DNA of 64,000 bases from assembly GCF_006345805.1 (NCBI RefSeq), contig NC_043000.1:140306001-140370000 (forward strand). The letters run 5' to 3'. Below, piece by piece: positions 12,166-23,248 of this stretch; within the stretch, counting starts at the first letter, position 1; the number at the start of each line of letters is the position of its first letter. The notes beneath the pieces are model-generated. The model saw nothing but the letters and a program-made list of their open reading frames with translations, was not told the origin of the DNA and did not search any database. The DNA comes from Octopus sinensis (Eukaryota). Made by a program: the position numbers and the translations under genes.

Positions 12166-12294
12166 TAAATCTCTACAAATAATTATCTCTGCAGTATCTC
12201 TACAAATAGTTATTCGAAAATTGGAAATTTGGTCAAAATCTATCAGAATAGCTACTTTTTCTGACAATCACAAATAGAGAACTTTGGTATACCT

Positions 12295-12526
12295 ATTTCT
12301 TTACTACCCACAAGGGGCTAAACACAGAGGGGACAAACAAGGACAGACAAACGGATTAAGTCGATTACATCGACCCCAGTGCGTAACTGGTACTTAATTT
12401 ATCGACCCCGAAAGGATGAAAGGCAAAGTCGGCCTCGGCGGAATTTGAACTCAGAAAGTCACGGCAGACGAAATACGGCTACGCATTTCGCCTGGCATGC
12501 TAACATTTCTGCCAGCTCGCCGCCTT
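12295..12526 (-). mobile_element. SINE family A, full length
   Basis: GGCGGCGAGCTGGCAG head on minus. Short TSD TATACCT. Confidence 0.9.
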
Positions 12527-12986
12527 ATACCTTTTATCTTATTTACAGATGCAGTGAAATCCCCAAACAGATTAATTTGGCTGGGATATGTACAAATCAG
12601 ATAAAACCAAACATTTTAATTTGGGCCTCAACAGACATTAGATGATGCTTTTCTTATGTACTGCATATTTGTGTTATTTATCCACCTTTTTCTTCAATAT
12701 TCCATTGTAATACATATTTATTTGTGCTTAAAATGTTCTGGCCGATACAAACTTGAATATGCTGGTCACTTCTGCCTTTTGTCTTCAGAGAACATCTCCA
12801 GCCTTTAGACAATGTGTGCTTATAACACAGATGATCCATTGATGTAAGGTGATTTTGAGACATCGTTGTGTGTCTCTTCAGTCAAAGTGATGAATCAAAA
12901 TGAGAGCAGTGTCTCTTGTTTATAGAATTTAGAAAACAAATAATTAGCTGAAGCCTTCAAAAGTCTAACAAACTGTTAACAATACA

Positions 12987-13449
12987 TTAAGACTTTCATT
13001 ACTGTATTTATTTTGAGATGCTCTGTGTTTCTTTCAATTATTTTAAATATAACAAAGAATTTAGTAAAATAACTTCATTATCATTAAGCTAGTGTTAGAA
13101 ACATAAATTTTAACTAAGATTTGGTGGAAGATTTGAATTCAAAACTTATGAAAACAAGACATTTATACTAAAGAGCTGGCAGAAACGTTAGCACGCCGGG
13201 TGAAATGCGTAGCCGTATTTCGTCTGCCATTACGTTCTGAGTTCAAATTCCGCCGAGGTCAACTTTGCCTTTCATCCTTTCGGGGTCGATGAATTAAGTA
13301 CCAGTTACGTACTGGGGTCGATGTGATCGACTTAATCCGTTTGTCTGTCCTTGTTTGTCACGTCTGTGTTTAGCCCCTTGTGGGTAGTAAAGAAATATAT
13401 ACTAAAGAGCTAGAGCTGGTTTCATCCGGGTTGGTAACGAAAGGTTTAA
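12987..13449. mobile_element. piggyBac-like MITE (TTAA ends) with nested SINE A
   Basis: TTAA...CTTTCATTAC at left and GGTAACGAAAGGT-TTAA at right. Homologous to the uninterrupted copy at 58701-58923. Confidence 0.6.
13178..13397 (+). mobile_element. SINE family A, slightly 5'-truncated
   Basis: 14-bp TSD TATACTAAAGAGCT at 13164-13177 and 13398-13411. GAGCT microhomology with the SINE head. Confidence 0.92.
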
Positions 13450-13891
13450 GTGTATACTAAACACCAAGAATCTAAACTATAATATGTCTATTCATTCTTA
13501 ATATGTTCTGCCAAATCCAGGTGTGATTATGCAGATCACTGTTGTATTTGATCTTCAAGCAACGTCTCCTTTGGCCAGGGTGTGTTCTTAATACACACAA
13601 TTCATTGGTGTATCAGTTTGACAGATGTCAGCATGCATTAACAAATAATTTGTTTGCTAGTTTCTATAAACAAGAGCCACTATCCTCGTTTAGATTAATT
13701 GATCTGGGATAGCTTTGAATGAAGGGATAAACACTGAGTCTGAATCACTGCAGTGTCTCGAGTCCCCTTCGGATAGCTTCTAATGTGATTCAGTGATACA
13801 GCAAAGAAGTATGAACAGTGGAATCCCACAACAGACAATTAAGGTGAATATCTGTGTAGATTTGAACTCAAATATTTTGATTTCTACTTGT

Positions 13892-14280
13892 TACTCTTTT
13901 ACTTGTTTCAGTCATGTGACTGTGGCCATGCTGGAGCACCGCCTTTAGTCGATCAAATCGACCCCAGGACTTATTCTTTGTAAGTCTAGTGCTTATTTTA
14001 TCGGTATCTTTTTTTGCCGAACCGCTAAGTTATGGGGGACGTAAACACACCAGCATCGGTTGTCAAGCGATGTTGGGGGGACAAACACACACATACACAT
14101 ATATATATACATATATATGACGGGCTTCTTTCAGTTTCCGTCTACCAAATCCACTCACAAAGCTTTGGCCAGCCTGAGGCTATAGTAGAAGACACTTGCC
14201 CAAGGTGCCATGCAGTAGGACTGAACCTGGAACCATGTGGTTCGTAAGCAAGCTACTTACCACACAGCCACTCCTACGTC
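13892..14280 (-). mobile_element. SINE family B
   Basis: Homology to other family B copies. Confidence 0.9.
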
Positions 14281-16057
14281 TGTATACATTAATTGATATT
14301 TTTGGATTCCCCCCACAAAAAAAAATTTCTTCTTTCTTCTCTGTTTTTCTACCTTTGAAATTATTGAAAATTTACACACACATGCAAACACACACACACA
14401 CCTCACACACACATGTACATATATGTAAATATATGTGTGTGTGTATCAACACATATACAAACACACATACATGTACCTGCATGAATGTATGGGTATGTGT
14501 TTCTACATGTTCTTTTCTTTACCTTTCCAGCTGAGATGAAACCTGCTTATATTTCATCTGAAGATTGCCAGTGGTAGGAAGTAATATTCTTTCTTATCTT
14601 GATGCTGAAATCCAAATTGAGACTTTCATTGAACAGTTCGTATAAATTTTAAATCTATCATTAGATAGTATTTGGTTGGCTCATGAATTTATTATCCACT
14701 TCATACATAATTATAGTCGTTGAGTACGCAATATTTCTGCTGACCTTGTTTTCGTGAAGGATCATCTATTAAACATATTACAGTTTATCTTAGTCTCTGA
14801 AGTTCTTGTTGAATAACAATTGCAGCACACTGTAAGAAACACATTTAATGCTCATAAATCAGTTTTTCCAGCCAAGAGGTATATGCTAACAGTATGTTGT
14901 TTAGTCATAGAATAAATTACAGATAATACCAAATCTCTAGGCCTTCTATGGACAGTCAATCTGTTTTGAAATGATTAATTGTAAATGGCAACATGAAAAT
15001 GTGCACCATCAACTTTTTGGTAGGTTGGGGTGGGGGTGGGGGTGCTATATCTTAAGATGCTAAATTCCTTAGGAAGGAATTTCAACCGTTGTTTTGTGGT
15101 CTGCTACCACACCACCACCTTTATAGGATCCAGTTAGCTCAAGTTATCATCAGGAAGAACCACGTCCGGTTTTGGCCCTTACTCCTCTACTGTTTTGACG
15201 TGGTGGGCCCACCACCTTTCGGAGGTGTCTTCAGCTCTAGTGTTGGGTGCATCTCTTCTTTCTTCTTCTTTCTTCTGTTCCCTGGCCTCGTGTATTAAGA
15301 ATTAGTGTTGACTGAGTTGGGTAAATAGTTCAGATCTTAAGTGTTTTGGGTCTTAGTATCTGTAACAGTTGTGATTGTGAAAAAGACACTTAACGGAAAA
15401 TAGCCCAATCTAATCACACTCAAATAAATGATTCAAAGTGGCAGTAAAATTTAATGAAATAAACACCAAGAGGACAAGTGATTAATTTGATTGCAGTAAT
15501 GAATTCTTCCTTTGGTTATGGATTAAGGAGAGATGGGTTATTCCAAGTTGTTTCATCCTTTTCTGTGTTCATATGACGTTCTGAGAAGGTGTGGCTGTAA
15601 CTATTGGTTTCACAAACACTCTCAGGCTACTAGTGAGATTGATGTGGTTGGTTTTCAGATAGAAAAATAATGAAAACGGATGTATTGAAAACGGAAATGT
15701 GTCTTAATGACATTTCAAATGTGTGGCTGGCTTCTCATTCAATGGCAGGTGTTTGGAACCAAGAAGAACCAAATACGTTGGGCTCTGTGAATATGCATTT
15801 AATTTCTAAGAAAATTCTACATCAGTGTCCCAATAGATTGGGAGCCTAAAGGAATAAAAAATCATCAAATGACAGTGACCATAACACCAACCAGGTAGGA
15901 ATAGAACCTAATGTGATACATACAGCAAGAAATATGAAAAATAGAATCTTTTGTTATACTGTCCCATATAATAAACACTTTAAAAGTACAATCAGTTTAT
16001 TCATTCATAATTTTATTCATAGACTTATTTCATCTTCTGATGATAGATTTTAGCATG

Positions 16058-16507
16058 ATCAACATCAATGGAATTTGTAGTTGTCGTACCAGTGCACATA
16101 AGAGAACCATCCGAATGTGGCCATAGCCAGCTCCACATCGACTGGCCTCCGTGCTGGTGGCACGTAACAAACACCATCCGATCGTGGCCGTTGCCAGCCT
16201 CGCCTGGCATCTGTGCCGGTGGCACATAGAAAGCAATCAACTAGCCGCATAACTCTTTTAACTCGTGCACTCGACCGAGAACTCTCTCAAGTGAAATCGC
16301 CAGCCTCGTCTGGTACTTGTGTTGGTGGCACATAAAAAGCACCCACTACACTCACGGAGTGGTTGGCATTAGGAAGGGCATCCAGCTGTAGAAACACTGC
16401 CAGATCAGACTGGAGCCTGGTGCAGCCCCTGGCTTCCCAGACCCCGGTCAAACCGTCCAACCCATGCAAGCGCAGAAAACGGACGTTAAATGATGATGAT
16501 GATGATA
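16058..16507 (+). mobile_element. Family D (RTE 3'-UTR) with several GTGCCGGTGGCAC modules
   Basis: Repeated hairpin module plus terminal GGACGTTAAAT(GAT)n. Confidence 0.85.
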
Positions 16508-16919
16508 TGCAGTCCCTTAGCAAGCTAGAAATGTTAAGCAAATTTCCTTCAAATAACATTCTCCTACTTCAAAAGAAGATAAATGAGTTAAAGGTCTACA
16601 CCTATTCAGACTTGTATATTTGAATAAAAGATTATGATGATAACTGCAATATTTTCAAAATATACGATTTTTAAATACGAATAAAAACCACAAAAATGGA
16701 TTTAAGAATGCAAAATAATTAAGAGGGAGACAGACAGACAAAGAGAAAGAATAAGTTCTCAGTTGAGGAATTGGTAACAGTCATTTAGAAAGTGGCAAAT
16801 ATGTTTCTGAGTTATATATTTCATTCAAATTAAGGCCTAAATATTTATTATTATAATATAAATTATAAATATTATAACACATATGTGTTCACATGTGTGC
16901 ATGTGTGCTATTATGTACA

Positions 16920-17900
16920 ATCTCAAGCTATATGAACAGCCATGCCATCAATAATTTCAGGAAGGATCTAATAAAGATCTTCAAAGAACTCAGCTTACCT
17001 TTAACAGTTACCACCAATTTTACGATGGTTGACTTGTTGGATATAACCCTAGACATGAATACAGGCTAATACTACACTTACAGAAAGCTTGGTGAGGTAA
17101 CTAAATACGTCTATGTTAGCTGTAATTAGAAACCTAGTCACATGCATAATCAGAAGAATTGTTAAACTGTCAGGAAAAGAAAGATCTTTAATAAGGCCAG
17201 CCAACTATAATGAAGCATTAGTAAAGAGTGGATTTGCCTATAAGTTAGTACATATGGAGGACGCCCCTTTCCAACCCCTGAGCCCAATAGGAGTCAGAAA
17301 GAGAAAGTTAATCTTGTTCAATCTTTCATGCAAATTTGTAGATGCAACTAACAAAGCTACAAAGCTTTCTGATGTTAATTTTAAAAATTTCCCTAGTAAC
17401 CATTCATATGAAAACCTCTTCAATCACTACAATGTTAAGTTCCATACCCCTGCTTAAACAACATTGCTTCAAATGTCACACATTACAAAAAGCATACACA
17501 CACCAACACAGCATCAAATACAGTGACCAACCTGTAACTGTTGAAATCCTACCAACTGCCCACCTGGAGGACCCATTTCAATGGCATCAAAAGACACTAT
17601 ACAGGCATGACTGCCACTGATTTTAAGGGAGGTTATATACAGTACATACACGACTTCTGGAGGAGAGAAAGGGAAAAACTACACCTCTCTGTCTCACTTG
17701 ATCTGGAGACTTTGTAATCACCAGAACGACATCAGCAACATCAAATAGAGTATTATTGATTGGAGCCAACCTTACTTCACTTGAATTTGCAACTGTCAAC
17801 TCCGTCTCTATGAGAAACTTCACATACTCCACCAACCTGTAGTATCCATCAGCAACAAGGATGGATTATCTTATGCTTGCCAAAAGAGGAACAGCTGTTA
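16920..17900 (+). mobile_element. Penelope-like retroelement relic (Naiad-type)
   Basis: KDLIKIFKELSL...VDLLDITLDMNTG (RT C-terminus), YNEALVKSGF, RKRKLILFN, CNC*NPTNC (CxCx5C, 17533-17559), YTGMTATDFK (YIG half). Confidence 0.8.
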
Positions 17901-18280
17901 ATACCCTGCAAGTCACTGTTGCTGCCAATCCATATATATCACCCACAATCTAACTGAATGGTCTATAAACTAAAGGTGCATTTATGCCAAATTTATTCCT
18001 AACAACTAGCGTGAGTTTTCTCCTGTAATTCTACTTGGTGGGACAGGTATAAGGAACTACTTTGTGGTTCCTGATCTACTCTGCAGGTTCTGAATGTATA
18101 TGTTAACCTCTTGAGACAATACATGTAAGATGAAATCTATCTAAGCTTGCTATCTATACAAGAAAGTGTTTCTATGATAATGAAATAAATCGAAGATAGT
18201 AATTTGAAATGTGATGATTCCTTCTGAAAAGCACTTCAGCTACATTATTTGGAGATCACTAAAGACCTCTGCCACTTATA

Positions 18281-18795
18281 TCATCATCATCATCATCATT
18301 GTTTAACGTCCGTTTTTCATGCTAACATGGGTTGGACGGTTCGACCAGCTCCATGCTAGCATGGGTTGGATGGTTCGACCAGGCTTCAGTATGATCTGGC
18401 AGGGTTTCTACAGCTGGATGCCCTTCCTAATGCCAACCCCTCCGTGAGTGTAGTGAGTGCTTTTTATGTGCCACCGGCACAGGTACCCGGTGAGGCTGGC
18501 AATGGCCACAATCGGTTGGTGCTTTTTATGTGCCACCGGCACAGGTACCCGGTGAGGCTGGCAATGGCCACAATCGGTTGGTGCTTTTTATGTGCCACCG
18601 GCACAGGTACCCGGTGAGGCTGGCAATGGCCACAATCGGTTGGTGCTTTTTATGTGCCACCGGCACAGGTACCCGGTGAGGCTGGCAATGGCCACAATCG
18701 GTTGGTGCTTTTTATGTGCCACCGGCATGGAGACCAGTTAAGGCGGCACTGGCATCGGCCATATTTGGATGGTGCTTTTTACGTGCCACTGCCAC
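18281..18795 (-). mobile_element. Family D (RTE 3'-UTR) with expanded minisatellite
   Basis: (CAT)n tail at the left end and module repeats at the right. Confidence 0.85.
18457..18704. repeat. Perfect 62-bp minisatellite x4
   Basis: Units start at 18457, 18519, 18581 and 18643. Diverged units follow at 18705 and 18772. Confidence 0.95.
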
Positions 18796-18932
18796 AGCAT
18801 TTCATATATCATTTATCATATGCATTTCATTTATCACAGGCCAGCATTAGCCTATTGATACTAAAAAATTTTTGTATTTCATTGCCTGATAAAGCACCCA
18901 CTTCTACATTTCTTTCCCTTATTTAAGATACT

Positions 18933-19324
18933 GTGGAGTGGAAGCACTCCGTCGGTTACGACGATGAGGGTTCCGGTTAATCCGAATCAACGGAACAGCC
19001 TGCTCATGAAATTAACGTGTAAGTGGCTGAGCACTCCACAGACATGTGTACCCTTAACGTAGTTCTCGGGGATATTCAGCATGACACAGAGAGTGACAAG
19101 GCCGGCCCTTTGAAATACAGGTACAAACAGAAACAGGAAGTAAGAGTGAGAGAAAGTTGTGGTGAAAGAGTACAGCAGGGATCACTACCATCCCCTGCCG
19201 GAGCCTCGTGGAGCTTTAGGTGTTTTCGCTCAATAAACACTCACAACGCCCGGTCTGGGAATCGAAACCGCGATCCTATGACCGCGAGTCCGCTGCCCTA
19301 ACCACTGGGCCATTGTGCCTCCAC
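18933..19324 (-). mobile_element. SINE family C
   Basis: 12-bp TSD ATTTAAGATACT at 18921-18932 and 19325-19336. Confidence 0.92.
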
Positions 19325-19872
19325 ATTTAAGATACTAATGGTAATGTAAACCAGCCAGCAATCACGTAGATTGGCTTAGATGTCACTTTCAGCCTGGAAG
19401 CTCACGTTTTTTTTTCACCACATTGTATAACTGCTTAGATAGGAGCTGGATTGTTTGATTTTGACTGCATGCTGTCCCCAAATAAAGCTAACCACTATAT
19501 TTAGATTTTGATAACATGGTTATTTCCAGGCTGATATTACATTTGTTACATTACAAAAACTGTTAAACTGAATGCCTGTGTTAGTGAGTGAGAGGAGAAA
19601 AATTTTGGTGTTTGTGCTTGGAGAGAGAGGAGATAATGTTATGTATTTGTGATTGGTGAGAGGGGAAAATGTTATGTCTTCCTTCTTGGTAAAAGAAGCA
19701 AGACCTTTTATATTAGGCTAAAGCAGCATATCTATCAGCTGATCAGATAACCTCTATGAGATGTGTGGGAAGAAAACTCTATGAGTCTTCTCGAATCCTT
19801 TGCCATCCTCTGTGTTGTACTTCTCACACATCTCAATTTAATAGTGAAGATTTGGTGTGAAACTACATTAAA

Positions 19873-20168
19873 TTTTCTATTAATCTTGACACCACAACAG
19901 CAATTGGCTGAAATATAGGTTATGATTACCTGATTATGATTTTAACCACTAAATATTGAAACTGATATGCTGTAACCTTTCTCATTACAGAACTGACAGG
20001 GTTTGAATGTTGAGTACTGCTAAAACGTGTTGGCTTCTATAAAGTTTTGATGCTTGTGGTAAACACTGACATACCAAATTCTGCCTTATATAATATCACC
20101 TACAAAATGCTTTACACTGCTCTGCCAAATTATTTGGGATCATGTAAGTAATTCAACAAAAGTTTTGT
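19873..20168 (+). repeat. 296-bp direct duplication, copy 1 (contains exon-like unit 19991-20143)
   Basis: Matches 22953-23248 with 3 substitutions. Confidence 0.95.
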
Positions 20169-20401
20169 TATTAAGAGTGGCTCAAAACAATGATGATGCT
20201 TTCAGCTTGTCACCAACTGAACTTTCTTTTGTATCTCATTCATCATTGCTGTCTAATCACAAATTGTGTTAACGTTTATTGCAAAATATTTAAATCATGT
20301 GCAGGATTCTTTTCCATCGGTCGAACAGTCAGAAATAGTGGAAAGATTTTGTATTTTGCAAACATTGTCTTATATTTTGTCTACTTCTGCATTCATGTTG
20401 T

Positions 20402-20520
20402 GCATACAGCCATATCACGTTGAAAGCACCGGTTCTCGTCCGATCACCGAAGTTAAGCAACATCGAGCCTAGTTAGTACTTAGATGAGTGACCGCTTGGG
20501 AAACCTAGGTGCTGTAAGCA
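20402..20520 (+). rRNA. 5S rRNA: 5S rRNA, solitary copy, probably pseudogenised
   Basis: 119-nt GCATACAGCCATATCACGTTG...GATCACCGAAGTTAAGC...GGTGCTGTAAGCA. TATA-like at about -30 (20371) and TTTT terminator at 20526-20529. G>A changes in box C and helix mismatches. Confidence 0.92.
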
Positions 20521-20535
20521 TTACCTTTTGTTATA

Positions 20536-20942
20536 GGCGCAGGAGTGGCTGTGTGGTAAGTAGCTTGTTTACCAACCACATGGTTCCAGGTTCAGTCCCA
20601 CTGCGTAGCACCTTGGGCAAGTATCTTCTACTATAGCCCCGGGCCGACCAAAGCCTTGTGAGTGAATTTGGTAGACGAAAACTGAAAGAAGCCCATCGTA
20701 TATATGTATATATATATATGCGTGTGTGTGTTTGTGTGTCTGTGTTTGTCCCCCTAGCATTGCTTGACAACCGATGCTGGTGTGTTTATGTCCCCGTTAC
20801 TTAGCGGTTCGGCAAAAGAGACCGATAGAATAAGTACTGAGCTTACAAAAGAATAAGTCCCGGGGTCGAGTTGCTCGATTAAAGGCGGTGCTCCAGCATG
20901 GCCGCAGTCAAATGACTGAAACAAGTAAAAGAGTAAAAGAGT
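20536..20942 (+). mobile_element. SINE family B, full length (possibly octopus OK-type)
   Basis: A-box TGGCTGTGTGG, B-box-like GGTTCAGTCCC, CORE-like CCTTGGGCAAGT, (GTAAAAGA)n tail. Confidence 0.92.
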
Positions 20943-21039
20943 ATACTCATGCGTGCATGCACACAGACATGTACACACACACAACCACACACACACACAC
21001 AACTACACACACACACACATACACACACTGGTAAAAAAT

Positions 21040-21332
21040 CTTTTCAGAGGACCACAGCTCTTTAACATCCTCCCTAAATGCCTGAGAGACTTACACGGTG
21101 TGGATGTGGGTTTCTTTAAAACTAAACTGGATCGCTTCTTGTTGGGAGTCCCAGATGAACCTACCTCACGACAGGAGACACGGATGCGGGCAGCAGCATC
21201 GAACTCCCTTGTTGATCAAGTGCCACGTATCAGAGGTGGATTCACAAACTAGTGTAGCTCATTCAGCGGTGGTGCCCCAGCATGGCCGCGGCCTTCGGGC
21301 TAAAACATTTTTAAGGATTTAAGGATTTTAAG
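21040..21332 (+). mobile_element. 3' end of a CR1/L2-superclade LINE
   Basis: FRGPQLFNILPKCLRDL...FKTKLDRFLLGVPDEP...RAAASNSL with stop at 21252. Short 3' UTR with stem-loop and (TTTAAGGA)n tail. Confidence 0.8.
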
Positions 21333-21619
21333 CCTTTATACTTTACAAAACTAAAATGCGTTTGAACATTTCCTGTCCAGATCACATGTTATTACACCCA
21401 CTAACACAGCCACCACCCTTGTCCATATACATACTGTACTGAATGATGAAGCTTTGTGAATTCCATACCACATCCTATTAAAATACTAATATTTATATAT
21501 ATCTAACATCCTACTTGATATTAATGTAAAATGTTTCACAAGCAATTTCCTAAATACATACAAGTGCACACACAGTTGCATATATATATAAGGCATGCAA
21601 TAAGCACCATGCATGCATG

Positions 21620-22030
21620 GGTCGTTGCCAGTGTTGTCTGAATGGCTCCCTGTGCCAGTGGCGCATAAAAAGCACCATCCAAACATGGTTGATGCCAGCC
21701 TCCACCCTCCTCGACTGGCTCCTGTGTTGGTGGTACGTAAAATGCACCATCCAAACGGGGCTGATGCCAATGCTGCCTGACTGGCTCCCATGCCGGTGGC
21801 ACGTAAAAAGCACCAACTACACTCTTGGAGTGGTTGGCGTTAGGAAGGGCATCCAGCTGTAGAGACATTGGCAAATCAGATTGGAATCTGATGTGGCCTC
21901 CTGGCTTGCCAGTCCCCAGTCAAACCGTCCAACCCATGTCAGTATGGAAAATGGACGTTAAATTATGACGACGACGACGACGATGATGATGATGATGGTG
22001 ATGATGATGATGATGATGGTGGTGATGATG
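21620..22030 (+). mobile_element. Family D (RTE 3'-UTR)
   Basis: Three hairpin modules, core and (GAC/GAT)n tail. Confidence 0.85.
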
Positions 22031-22952
22031 ATATATGGATGCATGTATTATTGTTAGGCACATCTTAAGTACAAAATGATATCAAAATAAATGGGATTAC
22101 AATGGCCTGCTTGGTGTATAATCTTTGACAAATGCACTTTTAGCAGAGTACCACTCTGTATTTTTTTTATGAACACCAGTATGTATGTGTTTCTACATAT
22201 ATTACAAATGAAACGAATGTGATATTTTCTTTGTCACTGTGTAAATATTTCATTATATTAGCCTAATCGCTGTTAATTTCATACAATAGACCAATTATGT
22301 TTATTTATTAAGAAAGGTCACATTTACTTCCTGACTATTTACTTATTTATTTCTCTGACTATTTAATGTTATTTCATTTCTATCTACCAATAACAAAGTT
22401 AGAAAAATTTTTTGTTTAGCCTCTAAGGTGGTGATAAAGCATTTATTTTATAATTTTGATTATTTTTCAATTCTTCTTTGCCTAATTTTCTGTTGCTTTT
22501 CTCTTCTTTTATAGTCTATTTGATCAACACCAATTTGTAATCTGTCATTTTATTAGCAATATAACAACTCTTAGAATCTCGTTTATATTTTTAATTCATG
22601 AATTGTTTAGTATATGTGCAACGACTATTTCAAGGAAGATACGCTAATGATTATTGTTTTGTAACTTTTACATAAGACATGTCAAAGAAACTAATTAAGA
22701 ACTAGGTGTCATATTTAATATTGTTCAAAATGCATTTGTTTATAGATATTTGGTACAATGCAATTCATCATCATCACCTCCACAACCACCATTATTTAAT
22801 GTTCTCCCTACATGTTGGCATGGACTGGATGATTTACTGGAGCATGCACATCTGAAAACTGCACCAAGCTCTTCTATTTGCTTTAGCATAGTTTCTATGG
22901 TTGGATGCCCTTTCTAATGCCAACCACTTTAGGGAGTATAGCAGGTGATATT

Positions 22953-23248
22953 TTTTCTATTAATCTTGACACCACAACAGCAATTGGCTGAAATATAGGT
23001 TATGATTACCTGATTATGATTTTAACCACTAAATATTGAAACTGATATGCTGTAACCTTTCTCATTACAGAACTGACAGTGTTTGAATGTTGAGTACTGC
23101 TAAAACGTGTTGGCTTCTATAAAGTTTTGATGCTTGTGGTAAACACTGACATACCAAATTCTGCCTTATATAATATCACCTACAAAATGCTTTACACTGC
23201 TCTGCCAAATTATTTTGGATCATGTAAGTAATTCAACAAAGGTTTTGT
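22953..23248 (+). repeat. 296-bp direct duplication, copy 2
   Basis: Truncates an old family D copy (about 22765-22950). Followed by (TA)n. Confidence 0.95.

Noticed and set aside
15050-15300. GC-rich island with 16-bp palindrome GTGGTGGGCCCACCAC
   Set aside because: Probably a retroelement fragment, but single-copy here and not assignable.
17542-17544. In-frame TGA in the CxCx5C region as possible selenocysteine
   Set aside because: It falls after the second Cys, at a position usually Arg (CGA>TGA decay), and the element has many other disruptions.
18457-18795. CRISPR-like array of hairpin repeats with spacers
   Set aside because: Four spacers are identical, the others are homologous to each other, the context is a eukaryotic RTE UTR and there are no cas genes.
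20402-20942. 5S-derived (SINE3-like) chimera of 5S plus SINE B
   Set aside because: A T4 terminator separates them and the SINE is a standard complete copy.
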